Assembly (NCBI GenBank): GCA_951406725.2
Contig: OX597836.1
Span: 12,214,001-12,278,000, forward strand
Direction: 5' to 3'
From: Octopus vulgaris
Lineage: Eukaryota
Length of the DNA stretch: 64,000 nucleotides
Positions 44,121 through 58,601 of this stretch are shown here, in pieces; the stretch's first letter is position 1; each line of letters starts with the position of its first letter. The notes beneath the pieces were generated by a model, which was not told the origin of the DNA, did not search any database, and saw nothing but the letters and a program-made list of their open reading frames with translations. A program made the position numbers and the translations under genes.

Positions 44121-44403
44121 CATACATACATACATACATATAGATATACATACATACATACATACATATATATATATATACACATACATGTACACATAAA
44201 AATAACATTTTGTCAAGAAAATTGCTTACTAGAAACATGACTTGATGGTTTATACGAAAATTTGCGATGAATTCAAATTCTTGAAGCAAACAAATACATT
44301 TGATTGAAGAGTTAAGAATTAAATACATCTTGGAGAATGTGCATAGATGTGTTAACGGTTGAGAGGCAGCTGTTCTTGATGTTAATATTACTTTCAGCAT
44401 TAA

Positions 44404-44614
44404 CCCTTTAGTGTTCACATTATTCTGCCAAAATTAATGCTTTTTCATCCACATTGTTTTGAACTAATCTTGTAGTTTTGAGATTTTGATGAGGTAGCTG
44501 TTAATTTTTAAAACGATATTGTAGGGTTGGTGTAAGAGACCAGATCTGACCAGTTTGAACATAAAACAGGCAGAATACTTTTGGCCGGATATGCCCTGTT
44601 TAAATGCCGAAAGG
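44404..44614. mobile_element. piggyBac-like MITE family 2
   Basis: ttaa|ccctttagtgttc ... aatgccgaaagg|ttaa; interior shared with copies at 9.2-10.25 kb, 30.56-31.12 kb, ~39.6 kb and ~63.6 kb. Confidence 0.75.
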
Positions 44615-44629
44615 TTAATGTTATTATCA

Positions 44630-44832
44630 GTGAGCTGGTAGAATCGTCGCAGTGCCAAGCAAGGTGGTTTGTGACATTTTGTCTGTCTTTATGTTCTGGG
44701 TTCAAATCCCGTGGTTGACTTTGCCTTTCGTCCTTTCAAAGTCGATAAAATAAGTACCAGTTGAGTACTGGGGTTGATGTAATCAGTTTATCCCCGCCTT
44801 TGGAATCTTTGGCCTTGTGCCAAAATTTGAAA
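44630..44832 (+). mobile_element. SINE family B variant
   Basis: gtgagctggtagaatcg...gggttcaaatccc...gcctttcgtcctttc...aagtaccagttgagtactgggg. Confidence 0.75.
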
Positions 44833-44840
44833 TTGGTTTG

Positions 44841-45280
44841 CGGCATTTTGTCTACCTGTCCGGCACTTTGTCTACCTGTCCGGCATTTTGTCTACCTGTC
44901 CGGCACTTTGTCTACCTGTCCGGCATTTTGTCTACCTGTCCGGCATTTTGTCTACCTGTCCGGCATTTTGTCTACCTGTCCAGCATTTTGTCTACCTGTC
45001 CGGCATTTTGTCTACCTGTCCGGCACTTTGTCTACCTGTCCGGCACTTTGTCTACCTGTCCGGCATTTTGTCTACCTGTCCGGCATTTTGTCTACCTGTC
45101 CGGCATTTTGTCCACCTGTCCGGCACTTTGTCTACCTGTCCGGCATTTTGTCTACCTGTCCGGCATTTTGTCTACCTGTCCGGCATTTTGTCTACCTGTC
45201 CGGCATTTTGTCTACCTGTCCGGCACTTTGTCTACCTGTCCGGCACTTTGTCTACCTGTCCGGCATTTTGTCTACCTGTC
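44841..45280. repeat. Minisatellite, 20-bp unit cggcaYtttgtctacctgtc x22
   Basis: Direct reading; perfect 20-bp register with C/T variants and two isolated substitutions. Confidence 0.98.
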
Positions 45281-46107
45281 CGTCGCTGGTGAAATTAAAA
45301 AACAAAACAAAAGACAAGAGAAAGAGAAAGAAGTTGTTGGCAGGTAGGACATTGAGTTCGGTCTGTCGGTGCATGTGTCTGCCTCTCTCTCTGTCTGTCT
45401 GTCTGTTTGTCCCACGTGGTGAAGGATGCCGGCGGTGGCGGGGGAGGCAGGGGGAGATAACCAACATACGGAGCGTGACTCTTATTGTTATCAGTCGGAC
45501 AACGACGGCAACTACAACAGCAACAGCAACCACAGCAATTCGGTAACCGTGCACTCGTAACCTATATCGTTGTTGTTCTTGTTGTTGCCGTTCTCCTTCT
45601 TCTTCTTCTTCTTCTTCTTCTTGCTGTCGTTCTCCTGCTGACCTATATATCATTGTTGCCTCTATTTTCTCCATCACTGGAGCATAATAGATGTAGAAAC
45701 AGTTCCATTGTGCTGTGAAATACAATACGCACGCAATAGATACACATGCACACACACACACACATACACACACACACGCACACCCACACACACCTGCACA
45801 CACACATGCTCATTGGTTGTGTGTAGGTTTGTGTCGGGGTTTTTGTGTGTGGTTCCAGGTGGGGAAGGGAGGCTTTTGATTCATTATACATGCATTGTAG
45901 ATGTATATAATATGGACATTGTGTTGCTCCACGGAATATGATACATAAGTTTATGTACACAGGCATATTTACATACGTACACACAAACTTATAGATAAAT
46001 GTGTTTATAAATACATACATATACATACATACATATATACATACATACATATATATATATATTCATATACATACATATAAATACATACTCAAACAATATA
46101 CATATGC

Positions 46108-46162
<55 letters not shown>

Positions 46163-46343
46163 TAGAGACAGACAGGCAGACAGATAGATAAACAGACAGA
46201 TATATACTCTCACACCTTATGCATGCAAATATGTGTGGATAGGTAGGTAGATGGATGGATGGATAGATAAGCAGAAAGGTAGGTAGGTGGGGAGGTAGGT
46301 AGGTAGGTAGGCAGGCAGGTAGATAGGGAAGGGAACTAGCTAC

Positions 46344-46376
<33 letters not shown>

Positions 46377-47285
46377 TAGAAAAAAATATAGATAGACAGA
46401 CAGAGAGAGATGTCTGAATAGATGGATAGAAAGAGAGAGAGAAACAGACAGACTGAATAGACAGACAGACTGTTAGACAAATAGATAGATAGACAGACAA
46501 ATAGGTAACCAGGTAGGTAGATAGATAGATAGATAGGCAAATAGATAGATAGATAGATAGATAGACAGACAAATAGGTAACCAGGTAGGTAGGTAGATAG
46601 ATAGGTAGATAGGCAAATAGATAGATAGATAGATAGATAGATAGACAGACAAATAGGTAACCAGGTAGGTAGATAGATAGGTAGATAAGCATATAGATAG
46701 AGAGAGACGGCTGAATGGACAGAGAGACTGATAGATAGATAGATAGATAGATAGATAGGTAGGTAGATATCTGTGGGTATGTACATTATATTTGTATGTG
46801 TGTCTGTGTGCAATATATTTATTGTTTAAATGGTTTCGTGCTTAATTTTTATTCCATATTTCCCGATATGCCACTTGTGCAATCAGACGCACTTGTGCAT
46901 GTGTGTGTGCATGCGTTCAAGGTGTTGTCTGTGTGTCTCTATGTGTGACTGTGTGTGTGAGTGATGCAAATGACAGTATTTACAAAGTGTTTTATGCATG
47001 TGTGTGTGTGTGTGTGCATCTGTGTGTGTATGTGCAACTATATGTGTGTTTTTCAATATGCAGGTATTAATGCAAGTGTGTCTGCGCACCTGTATCTATG
47101 TGTGTTTTTCAATATGCATGTAATAATATACGTGTGTGTGTGTGTGTGTGTGTGTGTTATATAAGACTATGTATCTGTGTACAGTTATACCTACATTCCA
47201 AATAGATTTAACAACTCTTAAGTGGATCAGAAACAAATTTTTGGTTTAATAAATTTAATTTAGTGTTTCATGTTGTTAATACAAT

Positions 47286-47319
<34 letters not shown>

Positions 47320-47910
47320 TATATCACTATAAGTCTTCAACCTTCCCCTCTTTCTCTCCCTCTCTCTCTCTCTCTGCTTTAATTTCTCTTTCCATCTCTC
47401 AAAGTGTCTTTCATATACACTTCTGTTATAATGTCTCTGCATCCGCTTTCCTAACCTTTTATACTATCTCTCTCTCTCTCTCTCTTTCTCTCTGTCTTTC
47501 TCTCTCTCTGTGTCTCTTTCTCTCTCTCTCTTTCTCTCTTCCTCTCTGTCTTTCTCTGTATGTGTGTCTCTCTCTCTCTTTCTCTCTCTGTCTCTCTCTC
47601 CCTTTCAGGTTATTCTTTCACATTGTTTTAAAATGCTAATTCTTTTTCTATCCCTCTCTCTCTCTCACTCTCTTTCCTCATATATGAATATACATAGGCG
47701 TAGGCGTGACTATGTGGTAGGTAGGAAGCTTGCTTCCCAACTACATGGTTCCAGGTTCAGTCCCACAGCATGGCACCTTGGGCAACTGTCTTCTATTATA
47801 GCCTCGGGCCAACCAAAGTCTTGTGAGTGAATTTGGCTGAGGGGAACTGAAAGAAGCCCATCCCTGCGTAGAAGACACACGCTAAATAATAATGATGACA
47901 TTCATTCATA

Positions 47911-48075
47911 AGCGTAGAAGTGACTGTGTGGTAAGTAGCTTGCTTGCCAACCACATGGTTCTGGGTTCAGTCCCACTGCATGGCACCTTGGGCAGGTGTC
48001 TTCTACTATAGCCTCGGGCCGACCAAAGCCTTGTGAGTGGATTTGGTAGACGGAAACTGAAAGAAGCCCGTCGTA

Positions 48076-48138
<63 letters not shown>

Positions 48139-48354
48139 GTGTGTGTATGTTTGTGCGTCTGTGTTTGTCCCCTAAACATTGCTTGACAACCGATGGTGGT
48201 GTGTTTACTTCCCTGTAACTTAGCGGTTCAGCAAAAGAGACTGATAGAATAAGTACTAAGCTTACAAAAAGAGTAAGTCCCGGGGTCGATTTGCTCGACT
48301 CAAGGCGGTGCTCCAGCATGGCCGCAGTCAAATGACTGAAACGAGTAAAAGAGT
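47911..48354 (+). mobile_element. SINE family A, full length (tRNA-like head, CORE-like ggcaccttgggcaagtgtctt, internal TA/TG microsatellite, GAGTAAAA tail)
   Basis: A-box-like tgactgtgtggtaag and B-box-like gggttcagtccc; more than 15 related copies or fragments in the window. Confidence 0.88.
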
Positions 48355-48690
48355 AATGAATGAGAGTATACATACATACATATCATTTGTCACTATCTGA
48401 TATTAGTTTCTCTTCCTCTTCTTCCTCCTTCCCCACATCTTCTCCCCTCTCTATCTCCACTTCCTGTTTTTCTTCTTATTTGAATCACTCTCTCTACCAG
48501 CTTTAGTACCATTTTATCTTCCTCGCCACCCCTCACTTCCAGATCCCCTGTCTCTTGATCAAACTCTCCCTATCCCTGTCTCGGCTCTCTCTCTTCACCT
48601 ACCACACACACAAACACATACACATGCATATACACCTACATACATATATATATATATACACACACACATATATCAATATTCACATTTACA

Positions 48691-48921
48691 GGCGGCGAGC
48701 TGGCAGAAACGTTAGCACACCGGGCGAAATGCTTTGCAGTATTTCGCCTGCCGTTACGTTCTGAGTTCAAATTCCGCCGAGGTCGACTTTGCCTTTCATC
48801 CTTTCGGGGTCGATAAATAAAGTACCAGATCCGCACTGGGGTCGATGTAATCGACTTAATCCCTTTGTCTGTTCTTGTTTGTCCCCTCTATGTTTAGCCC
48901 CTTGTGGGCAGTAAAGAAATA
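48691..48921 (+). mobile_element. SINE family B, full length with 16-bp TSD
   Basis: Head ggcggcgagctggcagaaacgttagc, B-box gagttcaaattcc, central gcctttcatcctttcggggtcgataaa (resembles Meta/MESC-type SINE domain); TSD aatattcacatttaca at 48675-48690 and 48922-48937. Confidence 0.92.
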
Positions 48922-49442
48922 AATATTCACATTTACATATCTATAAGTACACACATACACACGCACACATATATATATATCTACATAAACACGTATGCAT
49001 ACACACGTGTATACATACACACATATATATCCATACACACACACACACATACACACACGTGCACACACTGCTCTATTCATACAGAAAGACCGACTGATGA
49101 AGTGAAGATGTCTATATTGATTGAAAAATATCATTGTGTTTATGATGTTGAAGTGACAGCACATATATATATATATATATATATCATAGGTGTGTGTATA
49201 GGTGTGTGTATATAGGTGTGTGTATGTAGAGGAGAGTGAGAGTAAGAGAGGATGGTAAGTCCTTCTCTGTAAAGGTTCTTCCCCGTTCTTTAATAGCTCG
49301 CCATTTTTCCAAAGTGGAACGGTTTTGCATTCTCTTTTGTTTTCCCCCCAAAACCTGCGCTCTCCGCCCATCCTCCCGCGTATATATATATCTCTCTCTT
49401 GCTGTATACCATTACAGGTAATCAGTTTGTATTTTGATAAAC

Positions 49443-49482
49443 TTGACAGCCAGTGTAATCAATTACATATATCATTGACAGC
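49443..49482. promoter_or_regulatory. Candidate homeodomain enhancer module (Meis-Pax3/7-Meis)
   Basis: TTGACAGC (49443-49450), TGTAATCAATTACA (49454-49467), TTGACAGC (49475-49482). Confidence 0.35.
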
Positions 49483-49493
49483 AGCCAATAGTC

Positions 49494-49531
<38 letters not shown>

Positions 49532-49851
49532 TTAGCGAGAGAGAGAGAGAGAAGGAGTATCAGCTATTGTTTGTAGGCATTTTCTGTTCTACAGCAGCCA
49601 AAGACACACACACACACACTTATGTATGTATGTATATTATATATATACTCACACACATGTACATATATAGATTCGCACACATACATGCAAACACATACAC
49701 ATGCACACAAAATACATTCATATACATGTCTTGTATTTTGAATTTTTGGGAGCGTTGAGTACCTATCATTCTATGTTGGAATATATAAATCAATTTATAC
49801 CTACGGACACGCATACACACACACACACACACACACACACATAATTATACA

Positions 49852-49897
<46 letters not shown>

Positions 49898-49968
49898 TAT
49901 ACACAGATACTTACACATGTATATATATATATACACACGCACACATATATACACACATATACTGATAC

Positions 49969-50001
<33 letters not shown>

Positions 50002-50421
50002 TGCACACATATACATACACACATATATATCTACATATATAGACACATACATATATACATGCACGCACGTGTCAGTTTGTACAAAATTGCATGTATGAAT
50101 TAGTGTATACATCTACATATGCTTACTTGTGTATACATACGCATATATATACACCCCCACAAGAAAGCTGATTATACACTCTTCCTGCATTGAATTCCTT
50201 CTAATGTACTCCACACAGACTTCTACGCTGTGTCTTAAACCACAACATACCATAACACTGTCATTGAAGCGTGACATCGTATTCCATAAAACAATGTTAT
50301 ACTTTTTACCTTATTTATATAAAGTTTCAAACATTCCGTTTCACTATCTGTAATACCCCACTGCATACTGCACGATATTGACATGGTCGTATTTATTGTC
50401 ATCGTCGTCATCTTCTTCTTG

Positions 50422-50460
50422 TCAGTGGATTTGGTAGATGGAAACTGAAAGAAGCCCATC

Positions 50461-50506
<46 letters not shown>

Positions 50507-50723
50507 ATATGTTTGTATGTCTGTGTTTGTCCCCCCAACATCACTTGACAACCGTTGCTGGTGTGTTTACGTCCCCGTAACTTAGTGGTTCAGCAAAAGG
50601 GACCGATAGAATAAGTAGTAGGCTTACAAAGAATAAGTCCTGGGTTCGATTTGGTCAACTAAAGGCGGTGCTCCAGCATGGCCACAGTCAAATGACTGAA
50701 ACAAGTAAAAGAGTAAAAGAGTA
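50422..50723 (+). mobile_element. SINE family A, 5'-truncated
   Basis: gtggatttggtagatggaaactgaaagaagccc ... acaagtaaaagagtaaaagagt. Confidence 0.85.
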
Positions 50724-50959
50724 TTACGACAGGAAAGGTGAAAAACAAAAAAGGATCAACTTGGAAAAAATTAGGGCATTACGACAGAAAAGGTATCTTA
50801 GCTAGGAAAACAAGCCCTCGATACATATTTACCCAAACCCCTACTTATCACTACAGAAAAAGGAATTATGGAAGACAAATAAACGAACAATGGAATACAA
50901 CATGGTAATCTTGAGTTTTTCATGGTTGCATTTCCACTAAATTCATCAATATTTAAATT

Positions 50960-51330
50960 GAGATTTAAGGGTTGGCGTTCAGTATCCGATATATCGGTCG
51001 AAGCCAGTAGTAGCTACTGAACCTCTTCATAGCTGTCTACTTCGGCCGTTATTTATGGCGCTCTTTCCGCGGTGCAACGGCTCTCGAAACTCATCAGACA
51101 GAGTCACGACACTGCAATAAATCCAAACTGGAAATGATTTGTGTTAATATCCGACGAGGTAAGTTCATCCGCATTAACACTGGCCTCCTTGACACGGCAA
51201 AGAGAGCCAAGCAATCTCCTGGAAGATTTACTTGTTTCGAATAATTTTCTTTATGAATCTGTAATGTCATAGTTTACTATGCTGCTTCAGTTGCCGCTGC
51301 TGAGCTTCCCAAGGTCACTTCTGATTTAAA
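50960..51330 (-). pseudogene. Highly decayed CR1/L2-like LINE RT C-terminal relic
   Basis: Minus strand, across frameshifts and in the expected order: SDLG, KSSRRLLGSLCRVK, IISSLD/YCSVV, DSYEE, resembling the DLG...KA.R.LG...LEYCSVVW...SYEER motifs of CR1/L2 ORF2. Confidence 0.45.
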
Positions 51331-52076
51331 GAAATTTACGATTAGAATACAGTCCAGCCATGGCCATCACCTGTCACGTTTTCAAGCTGAATACATCGTG
51401 GGCCACATCATTCCTGTATCAGTACTCTTTTACTCGTTTCAGTCATTTGACTGTGGCCATGCTGGAGCACTGCCTTTAATCGAGCAACTCGACCACGGAA
51501 CTTATTCTTTTGTAAGCCCAGTACTTAATCTATCGGTCTCTTTTGCTGAACTGCTAAGTAACGGGGACATAAAGAAATTTACGATTGGAATACAGTCCAG
51601 CCATGACCATCACCTGTCATGTTTTCAAGCTGAATACAGTGTGGGCCACATCATTCTCGTATCAGTTCTCTTTACTCTTTTACTTGTTTCAGTCATTTGA
51701 CTGCGGCCATGCTGGAGCACTGCCTTTAATCGAGCAACTCGACCCCCGGGACTTATTCTTTTTGTAAGCCCAGTACTTAATCTATCGGTCTCTTTTGCTG
51801 AACTGCTAAGTAACGGGGACATAAAGAAATTTACGATTGGAATACAGTCCAGCCATGGCCATCACCTGTCACGTTTTCAAGCTGAATACAGTGTGGGCCA
51901 CATCATTCCCACATCAGTTCTCTTTACTCTTTTACTTGTTTCAGTCATTTGACTGCGGCCATGCTGGAGCACCGCTTTTAATCGAGCAACTCAACCCCGG
52001 AACTTATTCTTTTTGTAAGCCCAGTACTTAATCTGTCAGTCTCTTTTGCTGAACCGCTAAGTAACGGGGACATAAA
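51327..52076. repeat. Tandem triplication, ~243-252-bp unit (unique flank + SINE A tail)
   Basis: taaagaaatttacgatt at 51327, 51570 and 51822. Confidence 0.95.
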
Positions 52077-52142
52077 CACACCAGCATCGGTTGTCAAGCA
52101 ATGCTAGGGGTACAAACACACACACGCATATACATATATATA

Positions 52143-52349
52143 ACACCGGGCGAAATGCTTAGCGGTATTTCGTCTGCCGCTACGTTCTGAGTTCAATTTC
52201 CACTGAGGTCAACTTCGCCTTTCATCCTTTCGGGGTCGATTAAATAAGTACCAGTTACACACTGGGGTCGATATAATCAACTTAATCCATTTGTCTGTCC
52301 TTGTTTGTCCTCTCTGTGTTTAGCCCCTTGCAGGTAGTAAAGAAATAGG
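52143..52349 (+). mobile_element. SINE family B
   Basis: ccgggcgaaatgcttagcggtatttcg...gtaaagaaatag. Confidence 0.85.
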
Positions 52350-53899
52350 TACTGGCAACGACCTCGCTCGAATCTTTTTACACATGCCACCGGCACAGGT
52401 GCCAGTAAGGCGACGCTAGTACCGATCACGCTCAAATGGTGCCTTTTACATGCCACCGGCACAGAAGCCAGTTAGCTGCTCTGGCAACAATCATGCTTGG
52501 ATGGTGCTCTTAGCACCCTACTAGTACAGGGCACAAGTACCAGTAAGGCGATGCTGGTAAAGATCACACTTGAACGGTGCCCTTTTATGAGCCACTGGCA
52601 CGGAAGCTGGTAAGCCGCTCTGTCAACGATCACACTCGGATGGTGCTCTTTGCACCCAGCTAGCACGGATGACAGTCATCGAATTTGATTTTGATTTCAG
52701 TATCAGACAAAAGTTCTGGTGCAAACCAATACAAGAAGTCACTGAGGGTTTCTCTTTTTTCTTTTTTTATTTTTCCTGCCTTTTATTTTACCATATTTTA
52801 CCACATTTCATCAGAACTTTTATTTAAAATATTTTCTGTCGTTTCATCTCGGTTGTTTTGGTGAACACGTCATTATAGGTTTAACATCGTTAGTAATAAA
52901 TATCCAGAGTTAAAGGGTTAAAAACCAGTGTGTAATATGTAATTAACCAGACTGTTTATTACCAACGTAAGATGATTATGATTTTCTGGACGATTAATTG
53001 CTATCGTTTGAGATGAAAGGTTTTCCCAACATTTATTTACTCTGCAAGCAGCATTTGTGTTTTAATCAGTTTCAATTGTCTGCTGCAGCAACCTTGTGGC
53101 GAAAGATGTTGACTATTATTGTTATTATTACTATTAGTTATTATAGTAGTAGTAGTAGTGATGGTAGTGGTAGTAGTAGTAGCGGTAATAGAAGTAGTAG
53201 CAGTAGTTGTTGTAGTGGCAGTAGTAGTAGTGGTGGTGGTATACATATATACATATATTTATATAAATATGATGAGTTTCTTTCAGTTTCCATCCACCAA
53301 ATCCACTCACAAGGCTTTGGTCAACTCGAAGCTATAGTAAGAAGACACATGCCCAAGGTACCATACAGCGGGACTGAACTAGGAACCATGTGGTTGGGAA
53401 GCAAGCTTGTTACCACACAGCCACACCTGCGCCTTCATTATTTCCCAAATTAATTGAAACAAAAGCAGTGTATTTTGGCAGAAATATGGTTAACAAAAGG
53501 GTTAAATATGTCTGTGTGTCTTGACACAATGGAGGGTGTATTTGATCTGGGAGAGGCCCTTAAGGGTTTAGCTGATATATTAGCAGGTTAACTGATATTT
53601 TACGCAGTAACTCCCTCACCATCTCCACCACCATAGCCATATATCTGATTCAGCTACAAGTTGCCAAATCTCTTCAAGTGTTGCTAGGAGTGCGTGCGGT
53701 AAGGGTTGGGACGGGGGGGGGTTGGAGTTTGGGGTCAGCGCGGGTCAGGTTGAATGGGCGGAGGATTGGTGGTGGTGGGGGTAGGGTGTTTGCAGGTTTC
53801 AGCCACTGCTTTGTGGCTCACGCAACAAACCTGTCGGATATTCACTACAGTAAATCATAGCCATTAATCAAAAGTTCCGCCAAAATGGTTCAGAAAGAA

Positions 53900-54885
53900 T
53901 TGTGTGTGCATGCGTACGTGCATTTTTGAGTGTGTGTGTGTGTGTATTTGTGTGCACGTGCATGTTGTTGTGTGTGTGGGTCGATGCTGTGTGTGTATAA
54001 ACATATGCATGTTACTGTGTGTTTGTGTGCGTATTGGTTGTGTCTATGTGTTTGTGTATTTTTATGTGTGTGTGTATGTGTGTGCATGTTGATGCAATGT
54101 GTATAAGTAAGCATGTATATGTTCATGCTTGTGTGCATGTGTGTGTCCGTGCATTGGCATGTGTGTGTGTGTGTGCGTACATGCATTTTTGAGTGTGTGT
54201 GTGTGCACGTGCATGTTTGTGTGTGTTTGGGTTGATGCTGTGTGTGTATAAGCATATGCATGTTAGTGTGTGTTTGTGTATGTATTGGCTTTGTCTATGT
54301 TTGTGTATATTTATGTGTGTGTGTGTGCTTGTTGATGCAATGTGTATAAGTAAGCGTGTATATGTTAGTGCTTGTGTGTCTGTGTGCATCCATGCATTGG
54401 TGTGTGTGTGTGCATGTGCATTTTTGAGAGTGTGTGGGCTGATGCAGTGTCTGTATAAACATACATGCTAGTGTGTATTGGTTGTGTCTATGTGTTTGTG
54501 TATATTTATATATGTGTGTGTATTTTGATGCAATGTGTATAAGTGAGCATGTATACGTTAGTGCTTGTGTATATGTGTGCATCCATGCATTGGTGTGTGT
54601 GTGTACATGTTAGTGTCTGTGCACGTGTTGGTGCGTGCATGCGTATCGGCAGAATGTGTATGCAGAAGCATCCGTGTGTGAGCATACGTACAAGTGTGTG
54701 CATGTTTGTCTATGCACATATGTGTGTATGCATGTTTTTCTATATGTGTGCACATGCATGCGTGTGCATACATCGATGTATATGTCTACACGCGATCATA
54801 AATCTGCATGTATGCTTGCGTATGTATTTGCGTAACCGAGATGTGTATCTGTATGTATATGTGTAGATTTGTGTGTGTGTGTATG
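53900..54885. repeat. TG-rich tract with three ~240-260-bp higher-order units
   Basis: gcatttttgag and gatgcaatgtgtataagt each recur three times. Confidence 0.85.
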
Positions 54886-55311
54886 CGTAGGAGGGTGGTG
54901 GTGGCGGCGGTGGTGTTGCCTTTATGTAAATAAGCTGTGATAAATCTCGCACCAAACGGTGACGGAGTGGTGCAGGGGGGCGGGGGACCAGGTGCGATTT
55001 GGGTGGGTTTGTGTCGAATATTTAGTTAATCAATGTCAATAATAACATAATGGAATAATTAATTTATCTTTGGCTTTTTGTTCTCGACCGAACCATTCAT
55101 CATCACCGGCCATCTTTATTTAATATCGTACGTCACCCCCCCCCCCCCCAACCAATACCACCAACATTGCCAACATTGCCAACACCACCGCCGCCAACAT
55201 CACCTTCACCACCATCACTATCACTCCCATTGACATCACTGTCATCATCATCATCATCACCAGCATAACCACCATCACCTTCGTCGGCGCCACAGTAATC
55301 CCTTGACTGTC

Positions 55312-55710
55312 GCTGGTAAGAAGCTTGCTTCCAAACCACATGGTTCTGGGTTCAGTCCCTCTGTGTGGCACCTTCGGCACCTGCTGCTTACGACGATAGC
55401 CTTGAGTTGACGTAAGCCCTGTGAGTGCATTTGGTAGACGGAATGCCAACGAAGCCTTTTGGGATGGGGGTGGGGGTGGAGGGGTGTTTTTGCGTTCGTC
55501 TTCCACCACTGCTTGACAACCGGTGCTGGTTTGTTTACATCCCTGTAACTAAATGTTTTTCGACAACAACAGCAACAGCAAAAATAGACCCAAAGAAGAA
55601 GTGCCAGGGGAAGGGAGAAAAATAGCTACTGGGGTTGGTTTGTTTGACTAAACCCTGCAAGGTTATGTCCCAGCATGGCCCCTGTCTAAAGAGGGAAACA
55701 AGTAAAAGAT
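55312..55710 (+). mobile_element. SINE family A, diverged
   Basis: tggtaagaagcttgcttccaaaccacatggttctgggttcagtccc ... gaaacaagtaaaaga. Confidence 0.7.
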
Positions 55711-55718
55711 AGAAGCTC

Positions 55719-55785
<67 letters not shown>

Positions 55786-56550
55786 ACATGAGCGTGTGTT
55801 GTATTTGTAGCTTTGACAAAAAACCTAAAGTAATTGTAATTAAGTTGAAGCGAAGACCAAATATGTTGTGTGTGTTTAATTGGCAAAATATGACCATCCC
55901 CACCAAATATAACTATATGTGCACACACACACACACACACATATATAAGGCACTTGAATACACCCCCTCCACTCATATGTATACATGAATGTATACATTC
56001 ACAACAGTACATATACATGTATTCACAGACCCCCTCCCACCCATACATGCATTAACACACTCACAACACCAAACACAGTCATATGTATACACACACACAC
56101 ACATCACACTGGAATATACCTTACCACATACACACACACACACACATCTCACACTTGAATATACCCTCCCATACACACACACATACAGGCATGCATACAT
56201 TCACATATACATGTATTCACAGACACCCCTCCCACCCATACGAGAATTAACACACTCACAACAGCAAACACACATATGTATACACACATGCACACACACA
56301 CACACACACACACATATCACACTTGAACATACCCCCACGCATATACATGCATTCACAGACCTACCCACCCCTACACGCATTAATACACTCACTCACAACA
56401 GCAACCACACATTCATATGTATGCACGCGCACACACACACACACACACACATACATGCATGCATACATTCACAGTCGCACATGCATATATCCACAGACCT
56501 CCCCACCCATACATGCATTGGCTCACTCACAACAGCAAACACATTCGTAT

Positions 56551-56645
<95 letters not shown>

Positions 56646-56839
56646 TATATAAAACACTTGCACGTATTCTTACGTAACTGCATTCATGCGTATATTCACA
56701 AACACACACACACACACACACACAAACACAAACACACGCATACATACATTCACAGTTCACGGACCCGTTCATGCACGCAATGCATCGGTACGCTCACTCA
56801 TGCAAATCACTTGCTTCTGATGCACACCTGGGCACACCC

Positions 56840-56882
<43 letters not shown>

Positions 56883-57052
56883 ATACATATGCATACTTAT
56901 CCACACACGCACGCAGGCAGACACGCACCAGGTATCACGTTAGCAATTGGTAGGTAAAACGGCCAAATCTTTTCCTCATAAATCAAACGTAATTTCAAGC
57001 ACGGACCGTTCACCTGACGTCTTTGATAATGCTGCCATTAATATCATTAATA

Positions 57053-57778
<726 letters not shown>

Positions 57779-58091
57779 TCATTTATCATAACTGCCTCCC
57801 ACCAACCTCACCAGTGCACCACCACCACCACCATGGCCACCACCACCAATTCTATCTTTATCAACACACACATACGCACCTTAATCATTGCCAGTAACAA
57901 CTGCTGCTGCTGTTGTTGTTGCTGCTGCTACTACTACTGCTGCTGCTGCTACTACTACTACTACTACTACTACTAGTCATAGTATTATCACTTTTGGCCA
58001 TAAACATTAAAGTGTGTGCGCTTTGCTCCTTTATAAAAACTATCTCTCACACACACACACACACATGTAAATTATGCATGTGTGTGTGTGT

Positions 58092-58563
58092 ACTCTTTTA
58101 CTCTTTTACTTGTTTCAGTCATTTGACTGTGGCCATGCTGGAGCAAATCGACCCCGGGACTTATTCTTTGTAAGCCTAGTACTTATTCTATCGGTCTCTT
58201 TTGCCGAACTGCTATGTTACAGGGACGTAAACACACAACCATCGGTTGTCAAGCAATGCTAGGGGGACAAACACACAAACACATATACATATATATATAT
58301 ATATATATATATCATCATCATCATCATCATCATCGTTTAACGTCCGCTTTCCATGCTAGCATGGGTTGGACGGTTCAACTGGGGTCTGGGAAGCCCGAAG
58401 GCTGCACCAGGCCAGTCAGATGTGGCAGTGTTTCTACAGCTGGATGCCCTTCCTAACGCCAACCACTCCGAGAGTGTAGTGGGTGATTTTATGTGCCACC
58501 GACACAGGTGCCAGACGAGGCTGGCAGACGGCCACGCTCGGATGGTGTTTTTTATGTGCCACC

Positions 58564-58601
<38 letters not shown>

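Noticed and set aside
44761-45546. Cys-rich repeat ORFs (TCPAFCLPVRHFVYLSG)
   Set aside because: The 20-bp unit cycles through all frames; it is a minisatellite with no spacers, so neither a protein nor a CRISPR array.
49400-49425. Second AG|GT fusion (attacag|gtaatc)
   Set aside because: Weak donor, and the pyrimidine tract derives from a microsatellite; not distinguishable from chance.
51150-51166. Strong donor gag|GTAAGT at 51159
   Set aside because: No good upstream acceptor or ORF; it lies antisense within a decayed LINE relic.
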